Below are positions 18,112 to 27,409 of a DNA stretch of 46,514 nt, one piece after another; position 1 is the first letter of the stretch; every line of letters starts with the position of its first letter. The stretch lies in assembly GCA_015486505.1 (NCBI GenBank), contig WFRP01000068.1, forward strand, positions 1-46,514, written 5' to 3'. The position numbers and the translations under genes are program-made. Origin of the DNA: Pseudomonadota bacterium (GTDB lineage: Bacteria; Desulfobacterota; Anaeroferrophillalia; Anaeroferrophillales; Tharpellaceae). The notes below the pieces were generated by a model. That model did not search any database. It saw nothing but the letters and a program-made list of their open reading frames with translations, and was not told the origin of the DNA.

Positions 18112-18582
18112 ATGAAGAAGATTATTATTGCAGTCATCCTGATTTGTTCCGTCATCGCTTTCAGTGGCTTTGCTTTCGCTACTGAGCACGCCACTAAAGA
18201 AGAATGTGTCGCCATGTGTAAAAAAGCGGCCAAAATGGTTGAGGAAAAAGGCCTTGATGCTACTCTTAAAGCTATCAACGACAAAAATGGCCCCTTTGTC
18301 TGGAAAGACACCTATGTCTTTGCCCTCAGCACTAAAACCGGCAGCGTCCTGGCTCACCCGTTGAAATCCAAACTGATCGGTAAAAACCTGATGGGGTTAA
18401 AAGATGTTGATGGAGTTCTGATGTTTGTTGAGTTCTTGAAGGCCGGCAACTCCAAGGCCGGCGAAGGCTGGGTCGACTATAAGTGGCCGAAACCGGGCGA
18501 AAAGAAACCCAGCAAGAAAGAGACTTTCGTTTACAAGGTCAAAGGCCAGGATGTCTCGATGTGTGCCGGCGTCTACGAATAG
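18112..18582 (+). CDS. Secreted single-Cache (sCache_2-like) domain protein
   Basis: Signal peptide MKKIIIAVILICSVIAFSGFAFA. Cache-type motifs follow (NDKNGPFVWKDTYVFAL...GSVLAHP...GEGWVDYKWPKPG). AAGGGG RBS lies before ATG 18112. Confidence 0.75.
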   Translation: MKKIIIAVILICSVIAFSGFAFATEHATKEECVAMCKKAAKMVEEKGLDATLKAINDKNGPFVWKDTYVFALSTKTGSVLAHPLKSKLIGKNLMGLKDVDGVLMFVEFLKAGNSKAGEGWVDYKWPKPGEKKPSKKETFVYKVKGQDVSMCAGVYE

Positions 18583-18698
18583 ATTACCGCCCAATTGGAC
18601 TTGAATGATACCAGTAACCGCTCAGCGTAATATTTTATTTACCACAGAGAGCACAGAGAGCAGAGAGAAAAAAATACTTTGTTCTCTGTGCTTTTAAT

Positions 18699-18892
18699 TT
18701 AGTACCTTACAGGTTATTTTCGGTTTGAAAAAACAAGAAGTAACTATTCGGCCGAATCCGGGGTCGGGTGCGGTTTTTCTCCGCTAGGCGTTAAGATTTC
18801 TGTTTTTCCTTTAAGCTCGCTGCGCCCGCCTTGCAAAACTCGCTTACGCTCAAACAGTTGCAATGCTAATGCGGGAACAGCTCCCGCATCAG
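18699..18892 (+). repeat. Rearranged mosaic repeat: module A joined to the 150-bp E arm of the TIR element
   Basis: TTAGTACCTTACAGGTTATTTTCGGTTTGAAAAAACAAGAA is joined at 18740 to GTAACTATTCGGCCGAATCCGGGGTCGGG...GCAATGCTAATGCGGGAACAGCTCCCGCATCAG. Confidence 0.85.
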
Positions 18893-18933
18893 TAGGCACG
18901 GATAGTTGACTACAGAGAACCAAAGGCTGAACT

Positions 18934-19146
18934 ATGGCAGAGCAAGCAAAACGCTACACAATTGAAGAAGATCTGGTTTTAACCTATAAAGGCAAAGGCT
19001 GGGCCCTGATCGGCAATGGCGAAGAATTGCTCGGTTCCGACAAAATGCACGCCAACCTCAAGGTTCCTTACAAAGACGGCAAGACCATGCTGGAATTTAT
19101 TGAAGATGTCATCGCCAAAGACCTGGGAACCCCGGTCAGTAATTAA
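18934..19146 (+). CDS. Hypothetical 70-aa protein
   Basis: ORF only, with a weak RBS and no recognisable motif. It lies between two near-identical E-arm repeats. Confidence 0.35.
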   Translation: MAEQAKRYTIEEDLVLTYKGKGWALIGNGEELLGSDKMHANLKVPYKDGKTMLEFIEDVIAKDLGTPVSN

Positions 19147-19173
19147 ATTAATGACATAAAGTAATCTTCGAGT

Positions 19174-19585
19174 GTAACTATTCAGCCGAATCCGGGGTCG
19201 GGCGCGGTTTTTCTCCGCCAGGCGTTAGATTTCTGTTTTTCCTTTAAGCTCGCTGCGCCCGCCTTGCAAAACTCGCTTACGCTCAAACAGTTGCAATGCT
19301 AATGCGGGAACAGCTCCCGCAACCCAAACAGGGCTTTTCAGCCCGCACCCAGGGGCAATCCGATGGTCGCACCCCAAGGGCACTTCCGTTGGGCGCAAAT
19401 AAGTACTCTTATCAGAACATTTTCTGACTGTTAAATCTTGTTTTTTGGTATAGAAAATAACCTGTAAGGTACTGATGGACTCCCGCTCGCGGGGAAAACA
19501 ACGAAATCGTTTCCGCAACCGCTTACGAAAAACCACCCCCGCCCCCTCCAGAAGGTGGGGGGGGAAAATTTAGCTGAATAGTTAC
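19174..19585 (-). mobile_element. 412-bp non-autonomous TIR element (MITE-like), full-length copy 2, inverted relative to copy 1
   Basis: It is collinear with the reverse complement of 1882-2280 over its whole length. Ends are GTAACTATTCAGCC / AGCTGAATAGTTAC. The flanks CTTCGAGT / TTTCGGGT match 6/8 and could be a decayed target-site duplication. Confidence 0.7.
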
Positions 19586-19618
19586 TTTCGGGTTAAATCT
19601 GAAAACATTCACCGTATG

Positions 19619-20641
19619 TCATTTCCCATCGTCCCGGCCGGCACCGCGATTCCAGGCAATCCGGGCAGCCCCAAGTAATGCCGCTTCCGGATTGAGCACC
19701 ACCTTGACCGGAATTTTTTTCATCCAGTCGGACATCCGCCCTTTCGCGGTAAAGCCGTTTGTAAACTGCCCCTGGCGCAGATAGTCAATAATTTTTGCCG
19801 GGATCCCGCCGGCCAGATAAAGTCCGCCGGCCGCCATGCCGGTAAGGGCCAGATCTCCGGCAACCCGGCCCAATATCGCGGTAAAATACGAAATCGCAAG
19901 AAGCGCCAGGTTGTCACCGGCGGCGGCCGCCGCCACAACTTCAGCCCCACTGAACTTTTCAATTGACAATTCCGATTTCTCATCCACACATAATTTATCT
20001 TGCCCATCGCGACATTTGAGCCAGCAGAATATATTTACCAGTCCCGGCCCCGAGAGCAGTCGTTCACAACTGACCCGCCCGAACTTTTTCATTAAATAGC
20101 GCCACAATTCCACCTCAGCTTCATCCCGGGGGGCAAAATCGACGTGACCTCCTTCCGAAGCCAGGATACGCGGCCTTTCACCACCCAGCAGAAAGGCCGT
20201 GCCCAAACCGGTTCCCGGAGCCAGAATCGCAATAGGGCTATCCCGATCCGCTGGGGGTTCGCCATTTTGCAGTATGGCAAAATCCGGCTCTTTAAGGCCA
20301 GGTATGGCCGCGGCCGTAGCAAAAAGATCATTGACCAGAAAAACCTGTGCCCAGCCAAGCTCTCTTCGTAAAACCTGTTCATCCAGTTTCAGGCCCAGGT
20401 TGGTCGCCTCAACCCGCCCGGCCACCACCGGCCCCGCAACCCCGAAACAAGCGGCCGCAAGCTCCCCCGCAACGAGATTAAGCCGTAAAAATTCTTTAAC
20501 CCGGCGCAAAAACTCGATTTCACCACAACTTGCAACTCTTTGAGTACTCACCCGTTCAAGAAAGCCGGCAGCGGCATAAAAAAGGCCGATATCGGTTTTG
20601 GTCGCCCCGATATCAGCCGCAAGGATATATTTATTTTTCAT
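19619..20641 (-). CDS. glk: Glucokinase
   Basis: 340 aa with N-terminal ILAADIGATKTDIGLF ATP motif. Bacterial Glk-family length and layout. Confidence 0.85.
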   Translation of the reverse strand: MKNKYILAADIGATKTDIGLFYAAAGFLERVSTQRVASCGEIEFLRRVKEFLRLNLVAGELAAACFGVAGPVVAGRVEATNLGLKLDEQVLRRELGWAQVFLVNDLFATAAAIPGLKEPDFAILQNGEPPADRDSPIAILAPGTGLGTAFLLGGERPRILASEGGHVDFAPRDEAEVELWRYLMKKFGRVSCERLLSGPGLVNIFCWLKCRDGQDKLCVDEKSELSIEKFSGAEVVAAAAAGDNLALLAISYFTAILGRVAGDLALTGMAAGGLYLAGGIPAKIIDYLRQGQFTNGFTAKGRMSDWMKKIPVKVVLNPEAALLGAARIAWNRGAGRDDGK

Positions 20642-20674
20642 AATATTTTAAATCTATCGTAACTATCTATCTTT

Positions 20675-22444
20675 CTATCCATCTGCTTTAAGTATCTCGA
20701 CTATATTTGCCAGTTCCGACTCAACATTGGCAACCTTCCAGTCAAGCGCCAGGATTCGGCGTTGACGATGCCAAAGAGCCTCATAATCACCCCGGGCCTG
20801 CGCCGCAATCAGGGTGGCAAAGCTATAATCAGCTTCGGGCAATGCCAAATCTTTCTCGAGATTACCGTTTATCTGCAAAAAGAGGCCATGGTTAGCGTCG
20901 CCTTTATGCAGTTGACCGGTTGAATGCAGAAAGCGCGGGCCGAAGCCGATAGTTACCGGCACCCGGCAACTAGACAGCAAATTTTTGCGTAAATCCCGAA
21001 GAACCTGTTTCAAAGATTCAGTCTGCGGGAGATAGGCCATAATCGCGATATAATCACCGGGCTGCGCCATCTCGACAAATGCGGTAAGGGCGCCGGCAAG
21101 ATCACTGACTTCGCAAAAATGATGGCTGCCGCTTATTTTGAGATTATCCCCGTCAACCAGCCTGACAGGCGCCGGCATTTTGCCGCTCTCCTGCCAGGTC
21201 GCCATGGCCTGACGGGCGCCGATTTTGGCAGCTTCGACATCGGGCTGATCAAAGGGGTTAATCTTTAAAACGGCTCCGATTGCGGCAGTTGCCATCTCGA
21301 AGCGCCAGATCTCCCGGCCCAGATCAATTTTATCAGCCAATTCAATCAGGACAAAAGGTTCATTTGATCTCTGAATTTCCTGCACAGTCTGATCAAAACG
21401 CTTATCATCACCGGCAAGCTGCAGGCAAAGATAGACCGCGTCCCCGGCCGGACCCTTATCTTGTCCCCTGAACGGCAGTTCATCACCGTCTTCAACGATG
21501 ACCGGCACCAGCCCGAATCCTGATTTTCCAGTACTTTCGGCGATAAGCTGTTCGAGCCAGACGGCAAACGGCTTAATTGAGGGCGCTAAAACCAGAAACA
21601 ATTTGTCGCGGCCGCAAAGCGCCATCTCTCCAAGGAAAGCACCCAGCGCCAGGGCCGGATTTTGCCGGAGCGAATTTTCTCCGGCCCCCATTTCCGCGAT
21701 CTTCCGGGCTGATTGCAGAATTTCCGCAATCGCCACCCCCTGCAGCGCCGCCGGGAGCAGACCGAAACCGGTCAGGGCCGAAAACCGGCCCCCGACCGCC
21801 GGTGGAGTGGAAAAAATCCGGCGAAAACCCTGCCCCCGGGCCAGTTTTTCCAGATTTGACCCCGGGTCGGTCAGCGCCACAAAATTAGCCCCGGGGTTAT
21901 CTTTAATCCGGGAAATCTTATCATAAAAAAAGTTAAAGAAAGAGATGGTTTCCAGAGTGCCGCCCGATTTACTCGCGACCAGAAAAAGGGTAGTCGCCAA
22001 CTCAGCGGCGGCCGCAATCCGAGCCACACTTTCAGGGTGAGTACTGTCAAGAATCGTAACCGGCAAAAAACCCGGTTTGACGGGAAAAATTTCAGCCCAG
22101 ACCTCGGCAATCAGACTGCTGCCCCCCATCCCGAGAACCACCGCCCGGCTGTAACCTGAAGCGACAATTTCATCGGCAAATGATAAAAGTTCGGCAACCG
22201 CACCCTGCATGGTTTCCGGCAATTCCAGCCAATCAAGCCGATCCGTAAGTTCCGGAACCTGAGCCCCGGCGGCCAGGCTTTCATCCCAGACCCGGCCGTC
22301 CCGCTGCCGGATCCGGGCTTCAAGATCGGTTTTCTCCCAGTCTTTAAGCCGCGCCAACCAACTCGCCGGGCTTGAACCTGAGGCAATTATCATATTTTCC
22401 GTTTTGAAATCCAGGGTTCGCATTGGCAAAATTATCCTCGACAC
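20675..22444 (-). CDS. pgi: Glucose-6-phosphate isomerase (PGI/SIS family)
   Basis: 589-aa ORF with PGI-family sugar-isomerase architecture, between tkt and glk. The GTG at 22444 overlaps the tkt stop. An alternative ATG at 22423 (MRTLDFK) is equally plausible. Confidence 0.75.
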   Translation of the reverse strand: MSRIILPMRTLDFKTENMIIASGSSPASWLARLKDWEKTDLEARIRQRDGRVWDESLAAGAQVPELTDRLDWLELPETMQGAVAELLSFADEIVASGYSRAVVLGMGGSSLIAEVWAEIFPVKPGFLPVTILDSTHPESVARIAAAAELATTLFLVASKSGGTLETISFFNFFYDKISRIKDNPGANFVALTDPGSNLEKLARGQGFRRIFSTPPAVGGRFSALTGFGLLPAALQGVAIAEILQSARKIAEMGAGENSLRQNPALALGAFLGEMALCGRDKLFLVLAPSIKPFAVWLEQLIAESTGKSGFGLVPVIVEDGDELPFRGQDKGPAGDAVYLCLQLAGDDKRFDQTVQEIQRSNEPFVLIELADKIDLGREIWRFEMATAAIGAVLKINPFDQPDVEAAKIGARQAMATWQESGKMPAPVRLVDGDNLKISGSHHFCEVSDLAGALTAFVEMAQPGDYIAIMAYLPQTESLKQVLRDLRKNLLSSCRVPVTIGFGPRFLHSTGQLHKGDANHGLFLQINGNLEKDLALPEADYSFATLIAAQARGDYEALWHRQRRILALDWKVANVESELANIVEILKADG

Positions 22445-24450
22445 AAGGTCCGGGCCCGCCGGATAATCTCGGCCACGGTAATCTTATATTCCTGAAAAAG
22501 TTCCGCGGCCGGCGCCGAAGCGCCGAAGTGATCGATGGCAATAATATCACCCTGATCACCAAGATAACGATGCCAGCCCATTGACGCCGCCGCCTCAATC
22601 GCCAGTCGCCGCCCGCCCGGCGGCAAGACCCGATTACGGTAGGCTTTCGACTGCCGGTCAAACATAGCCCAGCCGGGCATACTCACCACCCGGGCTCTGA
22701 TGCCGCTCTCTTTAAGCTGCGCTGCCGCGGCCAGGGCCAGGGCCAGTTCCGAGCCCGTGGCAATCAGGGTAATATCGGCATCACGCAAATCTTCACCGAC
22801 AACGTAGGCCCCGCGATGGACATTTTTCAAGGCGTTATCAGCCACCTCCGGCAATGTCGGGACATTCTGCCGGGTCAAAATAAGCGCGGTCGGGCCCTCC
22901 TGCCGTTTTAGGGCTTCAGCCCAGGCCGCGGCTGTCTCATTGGCATCAGCCGGACGGATAACATTGAGATTAGGAATCACCCGCAAACTGGCAAGCTGCT
23001 CAATCGGCTGATGGGTCGGCCCATCTTCACCGACCCCGATACTGTCATGCGTAAACACATAAATTACCGGCAATCTCATCATCGCCGCCAGACGAATTGC
23101 CGGTTTCATATAATCACTGAAAACCAGAAAAGTCCCGCCGAAAACCCGGAGGCCCTTATGCAATGCCATACCATTAAGAATCGCCCCCATCGCGTGCTCG
23201 CGGACGCCGAAATGGATATTGCGGCCGGCAAAATCGGGCGCGGCAAAATCTTTGCCGGCAGCGATTACGGTTTTATTCGAAGGAGCAAGATCGGCCGAGC
23301 CCCCCAGCAATTCGGGCAAGATTCCGGCCAGAGTATTTATCATTTTACCGGAGACCGAGCGGGTCGCCTGGCCTTTTGCGTCCGCCGGAAATGTCGGTAA
23401 GGATTTCTCCCAATCGATGGGCAGATCCCCCGCCTGGCGCCGTTCCCATTCGGCCATAAGTTCAGGATACTGTTTCTTGTAGTCCGCCATCAGCGCCTGC
23501 CAGCGGGATTCGGCTTGCGCCCCGGTATCCTTTATTTCACGATAGGCCGCGTAAACATCATCTTCCACCAGAAAAACGGGAGCGACCGGAAAACCAAGCT
23601 GCTTTTTCGCATTAACGGTCTCAGCCGCGCCCAGAGGGGAACCGTGGGCCCCGGCCTTATCCTGCTGGGCGGGACTGCCGAAACCGATATGGGTTCTGAC
23701 CGCTATCAGACTCGGCTGTTCGCGCTCTTCCCGGGCCGCAGCCAGGGCCGCGGCAATTGCCGCACAGTCATTACCGTCCGCAACCTCAATAACCTGCCAG
23801 CCGTAAGCCCGGAAACGGGCGGCCCGATCTTCAGTAAACGTGATTTCGGTATCACCTTCGATTGAAATATGGTTGTCATCATAAAGAAAGATAAGTTTTC
23901 CCAATTTGAGGTTTCCGGCCAGGGATGCAGCTTCGTGGGAAAGCCCTTCCATCAAATCACCGTCGCCGACAATGCCATAAGTGAAATGATCAACCACATC
24001 AAAACCGGGCCGATTAAAAGCTGCCGCCAGCGCCCTTTCCGCCATCGCCATCCCGACTCCGGCCGCCAGCCCCTGACCCAAAGGCCCGGTCGTGGTTTCG
24101 ACCCCCGGGGTATGATGAAACTCCGGATGTCCCGGTGTCAAACTGTTTTTCTGACGAAAATTCCGCAGTTCATCAAGACTCAGCTCAAAGCCGCAAAGAT
24201 GCAGCAGCGCGTAGAGCAGGGCTGAGCCGTGCCCGGCGGAAAGAATAAAACGATCGCGATCGGGCCAGCCGGGATTTTCCGGGTTTTGTTTCAGAAAACG
24301 ACTCCAGAGGGTATGCGCCATGGCTGCGGCCCCCATCGGCATTCCCGGATGCCCGGAATTTGCCTTGTCAACCATATCAACTGCCAGAAAACGAATCGTA
24401 TTAATACACTTTTCTTCCAAATTCACCGACATCGGCCTTAAAACCTCCAA
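22432..24450 (-). CDS. tkt: Transketolase
   Basis: 672 aa. ThDP-binding motifs ([24 protein letters not shown]), pyrimidine-binding and C-terminal domains are all present. Confidence 0.95.
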   Translation of the reverse strand: MEVLRPMSVNLEEKCINTIRFLAVDMVDKANSGHPGMPMGAAAMAHTLWSRFLKQNPENPGWPDRDRFILSAGHGSALLYALLHLCGFELSLDELRNFRQKNSLTPGHPEFHHTPGVETTTGPLGQGLAAGVGMAMAERALAAAFNRPGFDVVDHFTYGIVGDGDLMEGLSHEAASLAGNLKLGKLIFLYDDNHISIEGDTEITFTEDRAARFRAYGWQVIEVADGNDCAAIAAALAAAREEREQPSLIAVRTHIGFGSPAQQDKAGAHGSPLGAAETVNAKKQLGFPVAPVFLVEDDVYAAYREIKDTGAQAESRWQALMADYKKQYPELMAEWERRQAGDLPIDWEKSLPTFPADAKGQATRSVSGKMINTLAGILPELLGGSADLAPSNKTVIAAGKDFAAPDFAGRNIHFGVREHAMGAILNGMALHKGLRVFGGTFLVFSDYMKPAIRLAAMMRLPVIYVFTHDSIGVGEDGPTHQPIEQLASLRVIPNLNVIRPADANETAAAWAEALKRQEGPTALILTRQNVPTLPEVADNALKNVHRGAYVVGEDLRDADITLIATGSELALALAAAAQLKESGIRARVVSMPGWAMFDRQSKAYRNRVLPPGGRRLAIEAAASMGWHRYLGDQGDIIAIDHFGASAPAAELFQEYKITVAEIIRRARTLCRG

Positions 24451-24464
24451 AAGTTAAAGATAAC

Positions 24465-24565
24465 GTAACTATTCAACCAACCCGTAAACAAAAGCAAGAG
24501 CCGTCCTATATACCATTACAAAGAAGCTAAATCAATCGGCGAATCAACTTATTTTGAATAGTTAC
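24465..24565. repeat. 101-bp mini-element bounded by the same terminal inverted repeat (GTAACTATTCAACC ... TTGAATAGTTAC)
   Basis: The TIR motif of the 400-bp elements is present at both ends in inverted orientation, with an unrelated 75-bp core. It fills the tkt / cytochrome b intergenic gap. No target-site duplication is visible. Confidence 0.6.
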
Positions 24566-24566
24566 G

Positions 24567-25169
24567 TCAAACGTTTTCCTCAACCTCCTCCCAACCGGTA
24601 ATCATTGCCAGCGTATAGGCGAGCAGGCTGCCGCCGGTGGTGGTCAGGTAGATATGGACCACCAGGAAGATTAACAAAACAAAAGCTACGGCTGTATGCA
24701 GCATAGCCACTCCGTCAAGCCGCGTGGTCAACCCCCAGTTGATCCAGTCATTATAGTAATAGTAAAGAATCCCGGAAACAAACTGCAGCGGCAGCAGCAC
24801 AACCTTCAGGAAAAGATAGGAAAGGGCCTGGAGAGGGTTGAGTTTCCGCTCCGGGCTCTTATGGAAAGGATGCGGTTCGCCTTTAAGTATGCCGTAAAGA
24901 TAGTAATGAACGATTTTTTCAAGGTTGCCGAATGTCGGTTGATAATGACGCCATTGTCCGGTGGTCAAGTGCCAGAATATCGCGAACGCGGTCAGAATCA
25001 ACAGCGTCCAGCCGGCAAGGTTATGCCAGTAACAGGCCCTGGCGTACCCGAACAATTTGAGGCTGCCGTGAACTTCAAAACCGCTGAGCAGCAGAAAAAT
25101 AATTAAAAAAGCCTGAAACCAGTGCCAGAAACGTTCAAACCGGGTATAGAGATGAATTTTTACTTTCAT
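24567..25169 (-). CDS. Membrane b-type cytochrome (PhsC / hydrogenase cytochrome b-like, PF01292-type)
   Basis: 200 aa with four hydrophobic helices carrying conserved His residues (FWHWFQA, WHLTTGQW, HTAVAF, HIYLTT). ATGA start/stop overlap with the upstream octaheme cytochrome gene. Confidence 0.8.
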   Translation of the reverse strand: MKVKIHLYTRFERFWHWFQAFLIIFLLLSGFEVHGSLKLFGYARACYWHNLAGWTLLILTAFAIFWHLTTGQWRHYQPTFGNLEKIVHYYLYGILKGEPHPFHKSPERKLNPLQALSYLFLKVVLLPLQFVSGILYYYYNDWINWGLTTRLDGVAMLHTAVAFVLLIFLVVHIYLTTTGGSLLAYTLAMITGWEEVEENV

Positions 25170-26803
25170 GATTTACCTCCATCTTGACGCCGCTTAGAGT
25201 TGACAAAACGCAGACCGGCATGCAGCAGCAGAGCCAGAACCGTCAGCCCCAGCAGAACCCAGCCCGATCGATCGATAAACGACCAGCGATCCCGCCCGGG
25301 CAGATAAAAACCTCTTAAATTTTCCAGACGGCCATTATTGCGCCGATGACACACAGCACACGACAACGCTTTTTCTTTCGGCGCAATCATATGGGTTATC
25401 GGCCAATACATTGCGGTTTCAATAAAATCGACCTTGCCGCTGAACGGCAGGCCGGCTTCTTCCATACCGACCCGGCAGGCTTTAACCCAGTCATAATCTG
25501 CCCAGTAGGCCCCGGTTCCTTTTTTGCCGAAAAGATAAGGTATCAGCAAACTTTGTTCAACCGGATCATAAGGCTGTTTACCCCGCATAACCTTGAACGG
25601 AAAAATCCGGGCATTTTTATCAGCATAATCACCCTGCAGTGAATTAAGCTCCAAAGGCCGGGCTGACGGCTTGACTTTATCGCCTTCATGGAGATAGCTC
25701 ATCCTGCCGTTATACCAGAAATATTCCGGCACCACATTTTCCGCCCAGCGCATATCCCCTTTTTTACTGTGATAAATCACATTGCCGGCTTTATCTTTTT
25801 TAACAATCGGCTTTCCGGCGGCAGTGAATTTTCCGGCAGTACTCCAATCCCACCACATCTTGGTAAACACACCGCCCCGGGCATAGCGCGGGATATGACA
25901 AGTCTGACAGGCGACTTTAGCGGTATGATGATTCAATATCTCAATGTTCTTATGCGGCGCCCGACTGTGGCAGGATTCGCAGGCCAGCCGCCAACCGTCA
26001 TCCGCCGGCAGCGCGAACTGATGTTTACCGGCTGCCGGCCGCGAGTAATAACGCCCGGATATTTGGTGAGTTCTGGCAACATGACAGGTACTGCAGGAGT
26101 AATTTAACCCCTTGACATCCATATGCACATCAAGTTCCTTGCCGGCCTTGAACAGTGAGGAATCAAGATCGCCGTGTTTAACCCCGTCACCGCCGCCGCC
26201 GTAGAAATGACAGCGGCCACAGGTTGTCCGGCTGGTTTTGCCAACCTTCCGGGCAACTTTACGCAAATCAACCGCGGGAAAAACCTTTTTCCCGAATTTT
26301 CTCTCTTTGTAAACGGGATCTCCGCAAGCTGTGGGAAATTTTCGATAACTCCCGGTCGTATCGTGACAGACCAGACAATCCACCCGCTCAGAAGATGCAA
26401 AATCGAAGTTCTTGTTCTTCCAGCCATAGCCCGCGTGACAGCTGGTGCACCTGCACCAGTTCGACTGGGGGGAAATTCAGAAATTGTTGAGGGTTTTAGC
26501 CTTGCCCTCATCCTTTCTATCAGTTTTACGCCCGTCCCAGGTCCAGTGGATCGTATCATGTAGCTGCAGCGCCGCCAGGTTATGGCATTTAAGACAGGCT
26601 TTAGTCACCTCCGGCCCGGAAGCAAATTGACGATCAAGTTCCGGGAAACGACTGTGATCAGCGGTTGACAGCGATCCCGGCGCGACCCCGCGGGATAGCG
26701 TCTGTGCTGCTACCGTCTGTGCTGCTGCCGTCCTGGGGAAACCGCAACTCATCAACAAAAACAAAACTCCGACAAACAACCCGATGAAATATCGCTTTCG
26801 CAT
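25166..26803 (-). CDS. Octaheme c-type cytochrome, tetrathionate-reductase (OTR) family, with one in-frame TGA (codon 109, 26477-26479) as a candidate selenocysteine codon
   Basis: Track ORFs 26477..26803 and 25166..26383 are in the same frame. The 31 codons between them are open (ISPQSNWCRCTSCHAGYGWKNKNFDFASSER). The joined product has a lipoprotein-like signal peptide (LLMSC), exactly eight CxxCH motifs (CLKCH, CTSCH, CLVCH, CGRCH, CSTCH, CESCH, CQTCH, CAVCH) and a C-terminal TM helix. The second heme motif lies in the gap that the split ORF model leaves uncalled. Confidence 0.7.
26439..26467 (-). promoter_or_regulatory. SECIS-like hairpin 9 nt downstream of the in-frame UGA
   Basis: The minus-strand RNA is CAG-UCGAA-CUGGUGCAGGUGCACCAG-CUG. 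CUGGUG pairs with CACCAG, leaving an apical GCAGGU. As I recall it, the E. coli fdhF SECIS apex is GGUUGCAGGUCUGCACC. The apical GGU lies 28-30 nt from the U of UGA. Confidence 0.5.
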
Positions 26804-27138
26804 CAGCCCAACCCCCCTTTTTTCTGCAGTTCTTCCAATAATCCCTCTCTCACCTTCATAATTCCTTCAAAAAATTTCCGATTAGCAACCCGGTAATAGA
26901 CGGTTTTCCCTTCCCGCCGAAATTGCAGGGCACCCTGATCCCGCATCAGCCTGAGATGCTGGGAAACATTCGCCATTGAGACCTCAAGCCGCTCGGCCAG
27001 AGCTCCGACCGACATTTCATTTTCCCCGAGAAGATCCATAATCTTCAGCCGGGTCGGAGAAGAAAAAATCGTACAGAAAGAAGCGTGCAAAGCCACCAGA
27101 TCCGGCTCCCGAATTTTACCTTCGTCAAAACCAGCCAC
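26803..27138 (-). CDS. ArsR/SmtB-family transcriptional regulator
   Basis: 111 aa with a winged-HTH core (MSVGALAERLEVSMANVSQHLRLMRDQGAL). TGATG stop/start overlap with the cytochrome gene. Confidence 0.85.
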   Translation of the reverse strand: MAGFDEGKIREPDLVALHASFCTIFSSPTRLKIMDLLGENEMSVGALAERLEVSMANVSQHLRLMRDQGALQFRREGKTVYYRVANRKFFEGIMKVREGLLEELQKKGGLG

Positions 27139-27199
27139 AATAATATGCCCCCTTCATCAGGCCTGAGATCCCGGCCTGCAGCCAACCACTTTAATCAAT

Positions 27200-27227
27200 C
27201 AATTAAATATATATGCAATTAAATATA
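27200..27227. promoter_or_regulatory. Direct 12-mer repeat CAATTAAATATA x2 (period 16) upstream of arsR, a candidate promoter/operator
   Basis: Exact copies at 27200-27211 and 27216-27227, about 60-90 nt upstream of the arsR start. Read on the arsR strand each copy contains TATATT. Any function is inferred only. Confidence 0.3.
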
Positions 27228-27409
27228 ACATAAAAGAAGCAATTGTCAAACAAACCACCAGAGAGATCCGAAGAAATCGATTATCGGAAAATAACGGTTG
27301 AATTTTTCAGGTTGAAGGGTTATATAATCGACTGTAAAAGTACCGTTTGTTTTGGCTATGTGAAGTTCTCGCCGCAACCAACACTTAATCGGCCAATCAT
27401 TTTTATTAC

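Noticed and set aside
26384-26479. Reading the cytochrome as two separate genes, with a GTG restart at 26383
   Set aside because: There is no RBS before 26383. The restart would delete the second CxxCH (CTSCH, 26435-26449), which lies in the same frame between the two ORFs. It would also leave a 108-aa single-heme fragment. Pseudogenisation or a sequencing error at the TGA cannot be excluded and is listed as the refutation test for the Sec hypothesis.
26104-26630. Alternative-frame ORFs across the cytochrome junction (26104..26559 -, 26174..26563 +, 26224..26490 +, 26445..26630 +)
   Set aside because: None contains heme-binding motifs. The frame carrying the eight CxxCH motifs is continuous except for the single TGA, so these are overlapping shadow ORFs.
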